Shown here: positions 13,301 through 25,489 of the stretch, in pieces
Layout: each line of letters starts with the position of its first letter
Numbering within the stretch: the first letter of the stretch is position 1
Source of the DNA: Lingula anatina
Lineage: Eukaryota > Animalia > Brachiopoda
Direction of reading: 5' to 3'
DNA length: 64,000 nucleotides
Assembly: GCA_051362555.1 (NCBI GenBank)
Contig: CM120640.1
Location: 10,230,001-10,294,000, forward strand
Made by a program: the position numbers and the translations under genes
Notes under the pieces: generated by a model
What the model saw: the letters and a program-made list of their open reading frames with translations, nothing else
Database searches by the model: none
Told to the model about the DNA's origin: nothing

Positions 13301-13470
13301 TGCTCTACACTATATGTGGAACCTGAAAAGATAAATTTCACCTCAGGTCTCCTTAAAGCCCTTGTTATACCAGTTTCCAACTTGTAATTTCTTGGAGAAT
13401 AAATTTTTCCCACTGTCACCCCTCTCAGAGCTGGTGCTTTGTCAGTATTTGATGTTGTCATCAAATCCAT
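10385..13470 (-). CDS. CCDC122: Coiled-coil domain-containing protein 122-like, copy 1 (~322 aa, 8 coding exons)
   Basis: Exons 13180-13470, 12946-12961 (16-nt microexon), 12366-12479, 12094-12175, 11742-11869, 11381-11520, 10905-10961 and 10385-10525 are all GT-AG and phase-consistent. The C-terminus KRNAAQMTRLKRQLKEVTSRNRQWNEQASQLEKGIAELKKKL resembles the CCDC122 C-terminus as I recall it. The start codon is uncertain. Confidence 0.8.
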
Positions 13471-14840
13471 ACTAGTACATGTACATCAGTATTAATGAAC
13501 TTAAGATATTACAGCCTTATCCTTTGTTACATACTGTAGTATTTGTGAGGGTGTTCTCCAAGCAGCTGTAAGTCCAGTGTGACAGAGTCATAATCTTTAC
13601 ATTTTAATCTTTTAAAAATCTGGTTTATCTATTCATTTCTTGTTTAAAAAAATCCATCATCACCTATTAAAATTAAAATTGCTAAATCTTATATATTCAT
13701 TCATTCATTCATTCATTATTTATTTATTTATTTATTTATTATAATTTTTCTTTTTGGGGGGAGAGGCAGAATAAATGCAAAGTGGGATGAAATATCTGAT
13801 TGTATGAATTCAATTTTTTATCTTTAATTTATGATGTTTATTCATTTAATCCTTTCTTTTTCAATGTAAGCTATGTGATTGGTGGGAATGTTAGGGATCT
13901 CCCCTTTTTTATTTCCACTAAAAACACTAAATTTAAATCTGATGTTTAAAAATGAGAATATCAGGTGGGACATTTTACTCAAAATCATCAGCTGAAATGC
14001 GGTAAATTTCATTTGTCATATTTCCTTAAATGATCGTGCGCTTGCACAACAAGTCAATCGATCTATATTCTACTACCAGGGTAAAGCAACTGCCCTACCC
14101 AATAGCTTTCTCACAAAAGCATGCTAAAAATAAGTGATGACTAAGGCACTATTATTGTTATACATCTTTTCATTGTAAACCTATAACTCTACAGGATAAC
14201 AATCACAAAAGAACATGGAGATATCATCTCATATTTAAAAAGAAAAGTGCTTCTGTCAAAAAAGGGGGCCTTTCCACTGAAAGAAAGACAAATATTAAGC
14301 AGGATACTCTAGCTGGGCTTCCTAAATGGAAAAGCTACATCCATCCATAACTTTTTGAGTAAAGCTGTTTACTAACAAACAAACGAAGACAAACATATAC
14401 TAGTAATCTCCTTCATGGAGTTCGTAAAATAGATCTTTCAAACAATATTGAGGTTTTAATTATTTATTAATTGTTGCATCCCCAGCAGACTTCCACAATG
14501 TCAAGGATCTATCTCACATGTATGGTTTCATAATTAATTCCCATCAAAACAAGTCTCTTGAACACCTAGCATGGTACACCCGTACCTAGGTTCCCTAGGT
14601 CACCTGTCTGGGTGTGTGACCAGCAACAGCCCTTTGTGTGAATATAAGATTTGGATCAATTGAGAGCGCTAAACCATATACAAGAATGCCATACAAATTG
14701 TGTTCACGTGATGTGGTGTTTGTCAAGTCCTCACTTTAAAACCAATCATAAGTCAGAACAGATCCAGGATACTGCTGGGAGACAAACCAGTAAGGTCTGC
14801 AGGTTTTGCAGAGTGCGCAGTGCGCCGAAACTGCACGAAA

Positions 14841-14886
14841 ATGGAGGCACTTCATACGTTCATCATTTTGGTGATTCTTTGGACAG
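14841..14886 (+). other. Duplicated signal-peptide exon 1 of the SUEL/CUB/poly-Asp gene (extra upstream copy)
   Basis: ATG...MEALHTFIILVILWT-G followed by a GTAAGG donor; identical to 21776-21821. A TATA-like TATAAG lies near 14643. Confidence 0.7.
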
Positions 14887-16125
14887 GTAAGGTATTTGTC
14901 AAAAGTGACTTAAGTTGTCAAATTCATTTAAGAGTTATTATACTTTAAATGAAGAGTTTAATATCTAAGATCTTCCTGCTCTGGTACTGTTGTTTTTCAG
15001 TAGTATTTACCTAATGTATTAAGGTGCTGGACAGTACATCATTTTTTTAGACAAATAGCACTAAAAATATAAAATAAAAACAAAGAAAATTTATCAAATC
15101 TATAACAGCTTGGTAAGACCCAAAACATTTATCAAAATCTATAAAAGAAAAAAAATTCACAATACAACAGAGGGTCAAATTATGGGACAATTTCATAACA
15201 GTCTTGGTTGTAACATAAGGGCCAGTCAATTCAACACCAGTCTTAAGGCATTTAACTTAGATGGCCAGGAGCTTTCACAGCAAAGGATTTTTTTTTTCAT
15301 TACACTGTTTGTGGTTAGAGACATTCTTACGATGTACATATAGTACGACAACTGTTAACTTGTATTTGTGCTTTTTTATTGTTTTGGGGAAATATTCATG
15401 AAAAAATACTGAATTTCAATCCTGGCCTCTAAAAGTTTTCACTTTTAACATTTTTTATGATATTAGATGAATAACATATCAAATGTTATGAGGATTATGT
15501 TTTGAAAATTAGGTCGTTTATGATTTGCATGAATTGATCTCACTTGATCTCAATATTATTAAGTAAATGTTTAACTTGACAGCAAAGCTGGAAAAGCATA
15601 TAGACACCATAAACCAAAAAACCATTGCAACAATAATAACAATTTTATGTGAAAATAGACTGGTTTAGATTGTGCTGGTTTTGGAAATAAGCCTGCCTTT
15701 TCACTAAACAAAGCCACTAAACAAGTTTGAAGTAAAACGTAGCAAACATATAGTTTGTCACCAAAATACATGCAAAAAAAAAAAAAAAATCAATCACTTT
15801 TGTAAAACCTATATGCTGATTTTTTGTAAGGGATCTTTTTTTTTACCAAACAAAGGCACTAAGAAAATTAATAGGAAAAAATATGGTTAGGCAGTTATAG
15901 GGATTGATGTACCAGGCAGCATCCGTGACAGGAACTGCAGTTTCTATACATAAAAATACTGACTCCTCCTTTAAAATCAAATAGAAAGACCAATATTATT
16001 ATTATTATTGTCAAAGTAAGACATAATTACAAATAAATAATTTGCAAGCAGGTTAAATGCTTAAAAAACTTGTGATTCAGGGTTCACCTGATGGTGATTT
16101 AATTCCTACAGTAGCAAGTATGAAT

Positions 16126-19100
16126 ATTTGAAGTTCATCAAACGAAGGCAATTCCTTCTTTGACATTTTGATTGAGAAAGTTTGAAGAGACTACATGTAA
16201 AAATTCACTTCCCAGTTCGAAATGGTACTCCACCACTGAAGATCGTCGAATCAAGACACGAGCAACACCAATATCGTCAATCTTAATTTTTCTCCAAAAT
16301 ATCAAACACTCCTTCGCATATCAGTTTTCAACTGCTTTAGTAGATGAAAAAATGCTTTCACTTTAGTATTAATTCATTGGTTGTTTTGTTGTTTTCTACG
16401 CAATTTTTCTATGGAAAGAAAACATTCGCCAGTTGAGAAAAAAAATTCATCCAGGTACAGTCCATGGAATGAAAATCCCCAAAAAATGCCTATTTTGGCC
16501 ATTCACAGCTTCTTATAATACTTAAAATACACATTTAAAAGGTTTTAACCCCTTTAAAATTTTCCCTGGAGCCTACATGATGTTGGTATTTCCATTGGAG
16601 CTTGTAGGAAAATGGTCATTGTTATAATGACTGGCCAGTCATTTTAAGCTAAAATCAACCTTTGTAAATTTTATCAAGGGTTGAATCAAGTGCACAGAGA
16701 GATAGATAAATGATTGGTGAGTACGAGAAAATTGCTTATTTTCCCAGGAAAATCCATTTTGGTGTATAAGTTTCATGGAATGTACATGTACCTTTAAATT
16801 CTATTAACCAGAGGTATTGATAGGATCATCACCTACACACAATTTTGTTATATAGTCTCTAAAAGCAGCATTGTATATCTTCAAATCATATTTCAAGAAT
16901 AACTGAAAGAATGGACCTATGTCTATTAAATTCAAAAAGTGAAAATAAAGCATCACCAATTTTTATTATAATTAAAGACATTAAGGAGCAACAATGAATG
17001 GATTTTATTCACAATATTATCCAGAAGAAAAAAGTACCAGGACACCTTCAATAAGAAGTTGTTGAAGTCAGGGTCTCCACTATAGCATTGTACTGGTAGT
17101 GTATCCCATGCCAGTTGTGTTATACAGTCAATTTTTGTGTATGCAAATTCACTCTGGCTGAACAGATATAGAGCGCTTATAATAAAGAGACTAAAAAGCA
17201 TTTTATTAGTCTTAGTGAAATCTGTTATATAACACATTCAAAACTGGTAATTTTCTATTTATCAATTTTATTTATTTATTTTTCTTTTTATCTTGTTTGT
17301 GTATTCAGTGTATGCCAATTCAGTGATCATCCTGCAGCTTTTTCTTGAGCTCTGCAATGCCTTTTTCCAGCTGAGAAGCCTGTTCATTCCACTGTCTGTT
17401 CCTACTAGTCACCTCTTTCAGCTGTCTCTTTAGTCGGGTCATCTGAGCTGCATTCCGCTTCTAGAACAAAAAAAAACTAATAATGTAATAAATAAGATCA
17501 TTTAAGGTTAATAGAATTACTCAAAATTAAAAAATGATCACCACAAACAATTTCAAAAGCACTTTGCGTTATTTAATTTTCTTTTAAATACTGAGTCTTT
17601 TAGAGGAAATAATAACAAGAGTCAAGAAGAGAAAATTTTAACTGTTCTGATGGTACTTGTAAACAGTCAAGTATGACTGGAAAGGTTGCTACCATGGAAA
17701 ATCATGAAAGTAAAATTTTGTGTTACTTCTTTAACTACTTGCCTTCTGAATTTACCTTTTTGATTTGGTGGGCATTCATTGATGTGTCTTTGAAACATGA
17801 GCTTAAGCTGCTATGGAAAGGAAAATATCTGAAACTTACATGTAACACTTGTGTCTCCTGTTTAGTTTTCTCTTGCTGGAGATTAAGCGCTTTCACCTGT
17901 TGGAAAATTAAATTATCAGACTATATTTGGAAAACAAATAACAAATAAATAAATAAATAAATACAATGAAACAATGCTTCTTCCTGTTGTCTGCAGTCAA
18001 GTTTCAGAACCCCTTCTAAAAACTCATTTTAAAAAACACTTTATAATATTTCTAACTGGAAACAAGATGCATAGATGTTTCTGAGAGGATTTTTGACAGA
18101 CTTAAAACCAGGGTGACATTAATAACAAAACTTCCCTATATAGATACATACTTTACTAAGTTTTATAATAACACAGAAATTAACCTTGCATCTATCACAA
18201 TTCAAGACCTTGTAGCTACATTTTAATGGTGAGCTTTTGAGATATTGAGTGCCTACAAGTGCATTATAATTTAAAACAATACATTCAGACATTTTTTAAA
18301 ACAAAGGATATTCACCTGTTTTTCTTTGTCAAGCAGCTGCCCCCTTAATTGTCTCTTTTCATCATCTAACTTCTGAAGCTCCTGTTTGAGATCACTCTCA
18401 CATTTACCTTCTAGTAAGTGTCTGGCCTTGTCTGGATTTTTCTCCAAGGTAAGCTCTGAGAATAAACCACCAGTTAAAATGATGGTTATACCCATGGTTT
18501 TTCTAATCTATTATCTTCATTAGGACACAACAATATAGCCATATCAATATATTAAGTAATGCACTGAGAAATGCCAATTCAAAACATAAATAAGTTAAAC
18601 TGTCTATTTACACTATAGCAAAAAATACTACAAAAGTACTTGGCATTAAGACTATAAAAATTTCTTAATCACATACTTTGATTTTCTAATTCTTGTACAT
18701 TTTTCTTTAATTCCTCCAATTCCTTTCTGTATCCATATTTTGATTCCAACAGGTCAACTTTAGACTCAAATTGTTTCATCTTTCCCGTGTATTCTTTCAA
18801 CAAACTAAAATGACACAATGAGACAATCATATAGACAATCATGTCAAATAATACCATAATATACTATTTAAAATAAAAGAAAGGAAAACAAAGCTTTGTA
18901 TGATTAAAAAAAAAAAAAAAAAATGGTTCTTTTCCTTCACCTGATATTAACTTGTGAGCACATTTTCTAAAAAGGATCCATCCTGTGTACAAGTATCTAT
19001 GGTCAAGGGCTACATCACTAAATCTCACCTTGTTTCTTTACCCAGTTTTGTTTGAGCATCAATAATAGATGCTGTCAGGTCCTGCTTTTCTGCAATAGCA

Positions 19101-22100
19101 ACTTCTATTTCTAAAACGTGAAAAATTGTGGAAACTACAGATTTAAAGACATTTTTGTACATTTACTGTCACAAAAATTAAGGTCAGCTCATTAGGTTAG
19201 TTTATTATTCATGCACTTGTTTTAAATGTTGTTTTTTTATTTTCATCATATCATGTTAAATTAGTTGATTTATAAGGTGTAAGTATATGGGATATTGAAC
19301 CTCCTTCAAGTTGCCTACAATTGCCAGCCTTCTGGACAAAGTCATCTGCAGCAACACACTGCTTTCTTTTCAAACTGTTTAACTCCAGGGTCAATCCATG
19401 CACTTTCTCTCTTGCTGAATAAAAAAATTAAATAATAATGTGAATTTCTTAAACCTTGGCACCAATGAAAAAAAACTGCTTGTGATCATTTAATATACTC
19501 AACAGAAAATCTATAAATTGAAGGTTGCATATCTGTACTTACTATTCACAATTCATAGTGTTAAACATTGACTCTAAGCACTTCTTAGATAAAACATTTA
19601 TAAATTATAAGAAAAAAAACAAAGTGTCTTATAGATAAAAACAGGTTAATACCAAATCAAGATATCTTGAAATGTTAAATCAAATTAAATGGAGCGGAAA
19701 AACAATAATTATAACAACATCAACAAGAAATGAAACTGTACGTAAATTACCTTAATGTTAAGCACAACTCAAAACTTGAAGTGTTAAATCAAAATTATTA
19801 ACATAATTATACAAAATAATAAAAATAAATAAATCAATGAGACCCCTTTAGAGTCTGTAATAACAAGAAACCTTTATTACCCTTTGCAAGCTTTTCCTAA
19901 AAAAAGAACAATTTAATTTTATTTGAAACCACCAAGTGACAACCAACACACTGATAACATTTGACTTTGATGAATTATTTTTAAAATTCAAATTCAGAAT
20001 AAGGCATTATTGTCCAAATTAATTCTCCTAAAGGAAATAACTGACAAAAACACACCGTATTGTTTAATAGTCTATTCTGTTAATGTACCTACTCCAGGGA
20101 TGATTGCAATATACCTGTAATTCGGCAAGTATATGTTGATGTTTCCTGATATCCTCCGAGTGAGCTCTCTGTACAGTGATCACCTCGCTCACCACCTGGT
20201 GGAGACTGCTGCTGCTGCCACCTGTTGGACTACTCTGCTCTACACTATATGTGGAACCTGAAAAGATAAATTTCACCTCAGGTCTCCTTAAAGCCCTTGT
20301 TATACCAGTTTCCAACTTGTAATTTCTTGGAGAATAAATTTTTCCCACTGTCACCCCTCTCAGAGCTGGTGCTTTGTCAGTATTTGATGTTGTCATCAAA
20401 TCCATACTAGTACATGTACATCAGTATTAATGAACTTAAGATATTACAGCCTTATCCTTTGTTACATACTGTAGTATTTGTGAGGGTGTTCTCCAAGCAG
20501 CTGTAAGTCCAGTGTGACAGAGTCATAATCTTTACATTTTAATCTTTTAAAAATCTGGTTTATCTATTCATTTCTTGTTTAAAAAAATCCATCATCACCT
20601 ATTAAAATTAAAATTGCTAAATCTTATATATTCATTCATTCATTCATTCATTATTTATTTATTTATTTATTTATTATAATTTTTCTTTTTGGGGGGAGAG
20701 GCAGAATAAATGCAAAGTGGGATGAAATATCTGATTGTATGAATTCAATTTTTTATCTTTAATTTATGATGTTTATTCATTTAATCCTTTCTTTTTCAAT
20801 GTAAGCTATGTGATTGGTGGGAATGTTAGGGATCTCCCCTTTTTTATTTCCACTAAAAACACTAAATTTAAATCTGATGTTTAAAAATGAGAATATCAGG
20901 TGGGACATTTTACTCAAAATCATCAGCTGAAATGCGGTAAATTTCATTTGTCATATTTCCTTAAATGATCGTGCGCTTGCACAACAAGTCAATCGATCTA
21001 TATTCTACTACCAGGGTAAAGCAACTGCCCTACCCAATAGCTTTCTCACAAAAGCATGCTAAAAATAAGTGATGACTAAGGCACTATTATTGTTATACAT
21101 CTTTTCATTGTAAACCTATAACTCTACAGGATAACAATCACAAAAGAACATGGAGATATCATCTCATATTTAAAAAGAAAAGTGCTTCTGTCAAAAAAGG
21201 GGGCCTTTCCACTGAAAGAAAGACAAATATTAAGCAGGATACTCTAGCTGGGCTTCCTAAATGGAAAAGCTACATCCATCCATAACTTTTTGAGTAAAGC
21301 TGTTTACTAACAAACAAACGAAGACAAACATATACTAGTAATCTCCTTCATGGAGTTCGTAAAATAGATCTTTCAAACAATATTGAGGTTTTAATTATTT
21401 ATTAATTGTTGCATCCCCAGCAGACTTCCACAATGTCAAGGATCTATCTCACATGTATGGTTTCATAATTAATTCCCATCAAAACAAGTCTCTTGAACAC
21501 CTAGCATGGTACACCCGTACCTAGGTTCCCTAGGTCACCTGTCTGGGTGTGTGACCAGCAACAGCCCTTTGTGTGAATATAAGATTTGGATCAATTGAGA
21601 GCGCTAAACCATATACAAGAATGCCATACAAATTGTGTTCACGTGATGTGGTGTTTGTCAAGTCCTCACTTTAAAACCAATCATAAGTCAGAACAGATCC
21701 AGGATACTGCTGGGAGACAAACCAGTAAGGTCTGCAGGTTTTGCAGAGTGCGCAGTGCGCCGAAACTGCACGAAAATGGAGGCACTTCATACGTTCATCA
21801 TTTTGGTGATTCTTTGGACAGGTAAGGTATTTGTCAAAAGTGACTTAAGTTGTCAAATTCATTTAAGAGTTATTATACTTTAAATGAAGAGTTTAATATC
21901 TAAGATCTTCCTGCTCTGGTACTGTTGTTTTTCAGTAGTATTTACCTAATGTATTAAGGTGCTGGACAGTACATCATTTTTTTAGACAAATAGCACTAAA
22001 AATATAAAATAAAAACAAAGAAAATTTATCAAATCTATAACAGCTTGGTAAGACCCAAAACATTTATCAAAATCTATAAAAGAAAAAAAATTCACAATAC

Positions 22101-23060
22101 AACAGAGGGTCAAATTATGGGACAATTTCATAACAGTCTTGGTTGTAACATAAGGGCCAGTCAATTCAACACCAGTCTTAAGGCATTTAACTTAGATGGC
22201 CAGGAGCTTTCACAGCAAAGGATTTTTTTTTTCATTACACTGTTTGTGGTTAGAGACATTCTTACGATGTACATATAGTACGACAACTGTTAACTTGTAT
22301 TTGTGCTTTTTTATTGTTTTGGGGAAATATTCATGAAAAAATACTGAATTTCAATCCTGGCCTCTAAAAGTTTTCACTTTTAACATTTTTTATGATATTA
22401 GATGAATAACATATCAAATGTTATGAGGATTATGTTTTGAAAATTAGGTCGTTTATGATTTGCATGAATTGATCTCACTTGATCTCAATATTATTAAGTA
22501 AATGTTTAACTTGACAGCAAAGCTGGAAAAGCATATAGACACCATAAACCAAAAAACCATTGCAACAATAATAACAATTTTATGTGAAAATAGACTGGTT
22601 TAGATTGTGCTGGTTTTGGAAATAAGCCTGCCTTTTCACTAAACAAAGCCACTAAACAAGTTTGAAGTAAAACGTAGCAAACATATAGTTTGTCACCAAA
22701 ATACATGCAAAAAAAAAAAAAAAATCAATCACTTTTGTAAAACCTATATGCTGATTTTTTGTAAGGGATCTTTTTTTTTACCAAACAAAGGCACTAAGAA
22801 AATTAATAGGAAAAAATATGGTTAGGCAGTTATAGGGATTGATGTACCAGGCAGCATCCGTGACAGGAACTGCAGTTTCTATACATAAAAATACTGACTC
22901 CTCCTTTAAAATCAAATAGAAAGACCAATATTATTATTATTATTGTCAAAGTAAGACATAATTACAAATAAATAATTTGCAAGCAGGTTAAATGCTTAAA
23001 AAACTTGTGATTCAGGGTTCACCTGATGGTGATTTAATTCCTACAGTAGCAAGTATGAAT
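16126..23060. repeat. Tandem segmental duplication, copy 2 (6935 bp)
   Basis: Junction GAAT|ATTTGAAGTT at 16125/16126; 4-bp ATTT microhomology shared by 9191-9194 and 23061-23064. Confidence 0.97.
17320..20405 (-). CDS. CCDC122: CCDC122-like, copy 2 (same exons shifted by +6935)
   Basis: Duplicate of 10385-13470. Confidence 0.8.
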
Positions 23061-25413
23061 ATTTCAACATTAAGTTATTTGTCAAACAACAAAAATTATG
23101 ATGGTCGTCTTCTGTGGCATGAACAATACATCACCTGAGGCTGATTTAATTCCAACAGTAGCAAGTATTAATATTTCAACATTTGGTTATTTGTCAAACA
23201 AGAGAAATGATGGTCTTCTGTGGCACAAACAATACATCACACCAGTGCTGGGGCATCAACAGCAAAAACCTTCAAGTACAAGACAATCCAGTTTTCCACA
23301 GATACTTTTACCTTAGGCAATTTTTACAATAAAATACACAGCTCAGGTGATTTGCCGTCACCTGCTAAAAAGGGAGGAATTGAACATTTATAGCATCAAA
23401 CTAAATAAAATATGTTTCTCACTTAAGAGTGACTCAGCAAATAACACTCAATGCTTCAGCCTTACAAAACTGGCAAAAATCACAAAAGAACCTGTTCCCC
23501 TTTTTTATAACAATAACAGGTGAATATTAGCATATCTAAAGAACTGTGAGCTTGGTTGAGTAATTTGTATAGAAGTATTAGCTAGAATATCGTCACGACA
23601 TATGACGCATATTTATCTTACAGCTGATAGTATTTTTCCCAGTTTATGATTTTTTTTATATTACAGATCTGCATGATATTTTTCTGAAATCTGAAATTTT
23701 AAATTAGTTTTTAGTCAATATCCAAAACCCCTCTAACCTTCGAATGTCTGTAAGAAAAATTACTCATAAAATTGACATTATGACATACAATGCATTGATA
23801 GTGAAGGAAAGAAAAGAAATTAAGAAGGAAAGAAAACAAATTAAGAAGGATAGTATGTTGTAAGACAAATAAAACATTTCAGTGCACAGAAGTCACTATT
23901 TTTACATTTTTTAAAATATGGTCAAAGTTTGCTTTAATAAAAGTTTTATTATTTTTCAAAACAATAAGGAAAAGACAATATTTTTACAGCTTTTATTTTT
24001 CCTCTTTGGAAAATAAAAAAAAATGTTTGTTGATATAGTAATTAAAAAACTGACTTATATTCAAAATTTGTCAGCATCCAAGTACTTATCAAATAACTGA
24101 AAAATTTATGTATGTGTAAATCATATATTTGCCAGATATTTGAGCATTACCAATCCAAGGACACATTTGTATTTATATTAGGCACTGAAAGCACCCACCT
24201 GACATGGCAGTTGGACCAGAGCTCTCCAGCACATACTGTGACCACATGCACAGGTCAAAACCTGGCACTACACTGTTCCTCCAACACAATTATTCGCCTG
24301 AGAAACATGAAAATGTCAGCCTCTACAGAATGTCCAAACCACAACTGCCGTGGATGGTTGTGTATGGCAAGATGTTATGTGTCCCCAGCATTACAACAAA
24401 AATTGGCTACAAGTTGCTCTGGCAGACAGGCATGCAACTTGACTATCACAACCAATGACATGCGCAGGGGATCAACTAACACAATCAACTACAACCACCT
24501 TGAAGTGGGTTATGATTGTGAACCCAGTAAGAATGCATCTGTTTCTACAATCATCTTGTTTACAGTAATTCATTATCTTACATCAATTTTTTTTTACAAC
24601 ACTGCTTGTCTTTTACCTTACACAAATATCCACACCTTCCCTTAACTACCATTACATCATGATTAAATGTCAACATATCTGATCACTGATACATGTTGTC
24701 AACTCCATATACAATATTACACAAACATAATAATCTCAAATATCCATTATATTTTAGTCAAAACTATCAGCACACCAATGTGCAGCAGTATAAACATCAA
24801 CAGCACCCTGCCCATCAACCTCACCAGCAGTAGATATCCATCACCATCAGTTCAAGTTCACAACTGCTCCTGTAAGATTACCCCGCCTGCCAACAGTGTC
24901 ATCCTCTTGGAGGCAGTCGATGTCAGCATGGGGGGCTCCATTCACTTCTACTCCAGACACAGGGCAGTGTGCAGATACCTGGCTAAGCTGACCATAAATG
25001 AGACTAAAACAGTTTCATGGCATGGCTTGAACTACCTTCATACCTCCACATACCACGCTGCCTGTACTAACCTGACAAATTACATAACGCAGTTTAGTGA
25101 TGCCCATCATTTGTCATTGGAGTATGACAGTGTACCGAACAGTAATAGCAGATTCTGGATCAAGCTATCTGCTTATCAATGGGGTAAGTCTTAAATCAAG
25201 TAAGGGAAAATGAAAAAAAAAAGCAAATGATTTTCATAACCAAGCTGACCAAATTAAGATGTCTTACTTCCAATTCTATCATAAAAGATCCTAATTTTAT
25301 ACAAAAGGCTTTCCAAAAGACTCACAATTCAATATGCTCTAACATTTCAGTTTCTGGAGATAATGATGATGAAGACTTTGACATGCATGATGACAATGAC
25401 GACGATAACGACC

Positions 25414-25444
<31 letters not shown>

Positions 25445-25448
25445 CCAC

Positions 25449-25489
<41 letters not shown>

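Larger units (their letters stand above)
9191..16125. repeat. Tandem segmental duplication, copy 1 (6935 bp)
   Basis: All ORFs repeat with a constant 6935-bp offset (e.g. 9237/16172, 13129/20064); the copies look identical by eye. Confidence 0.97.
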
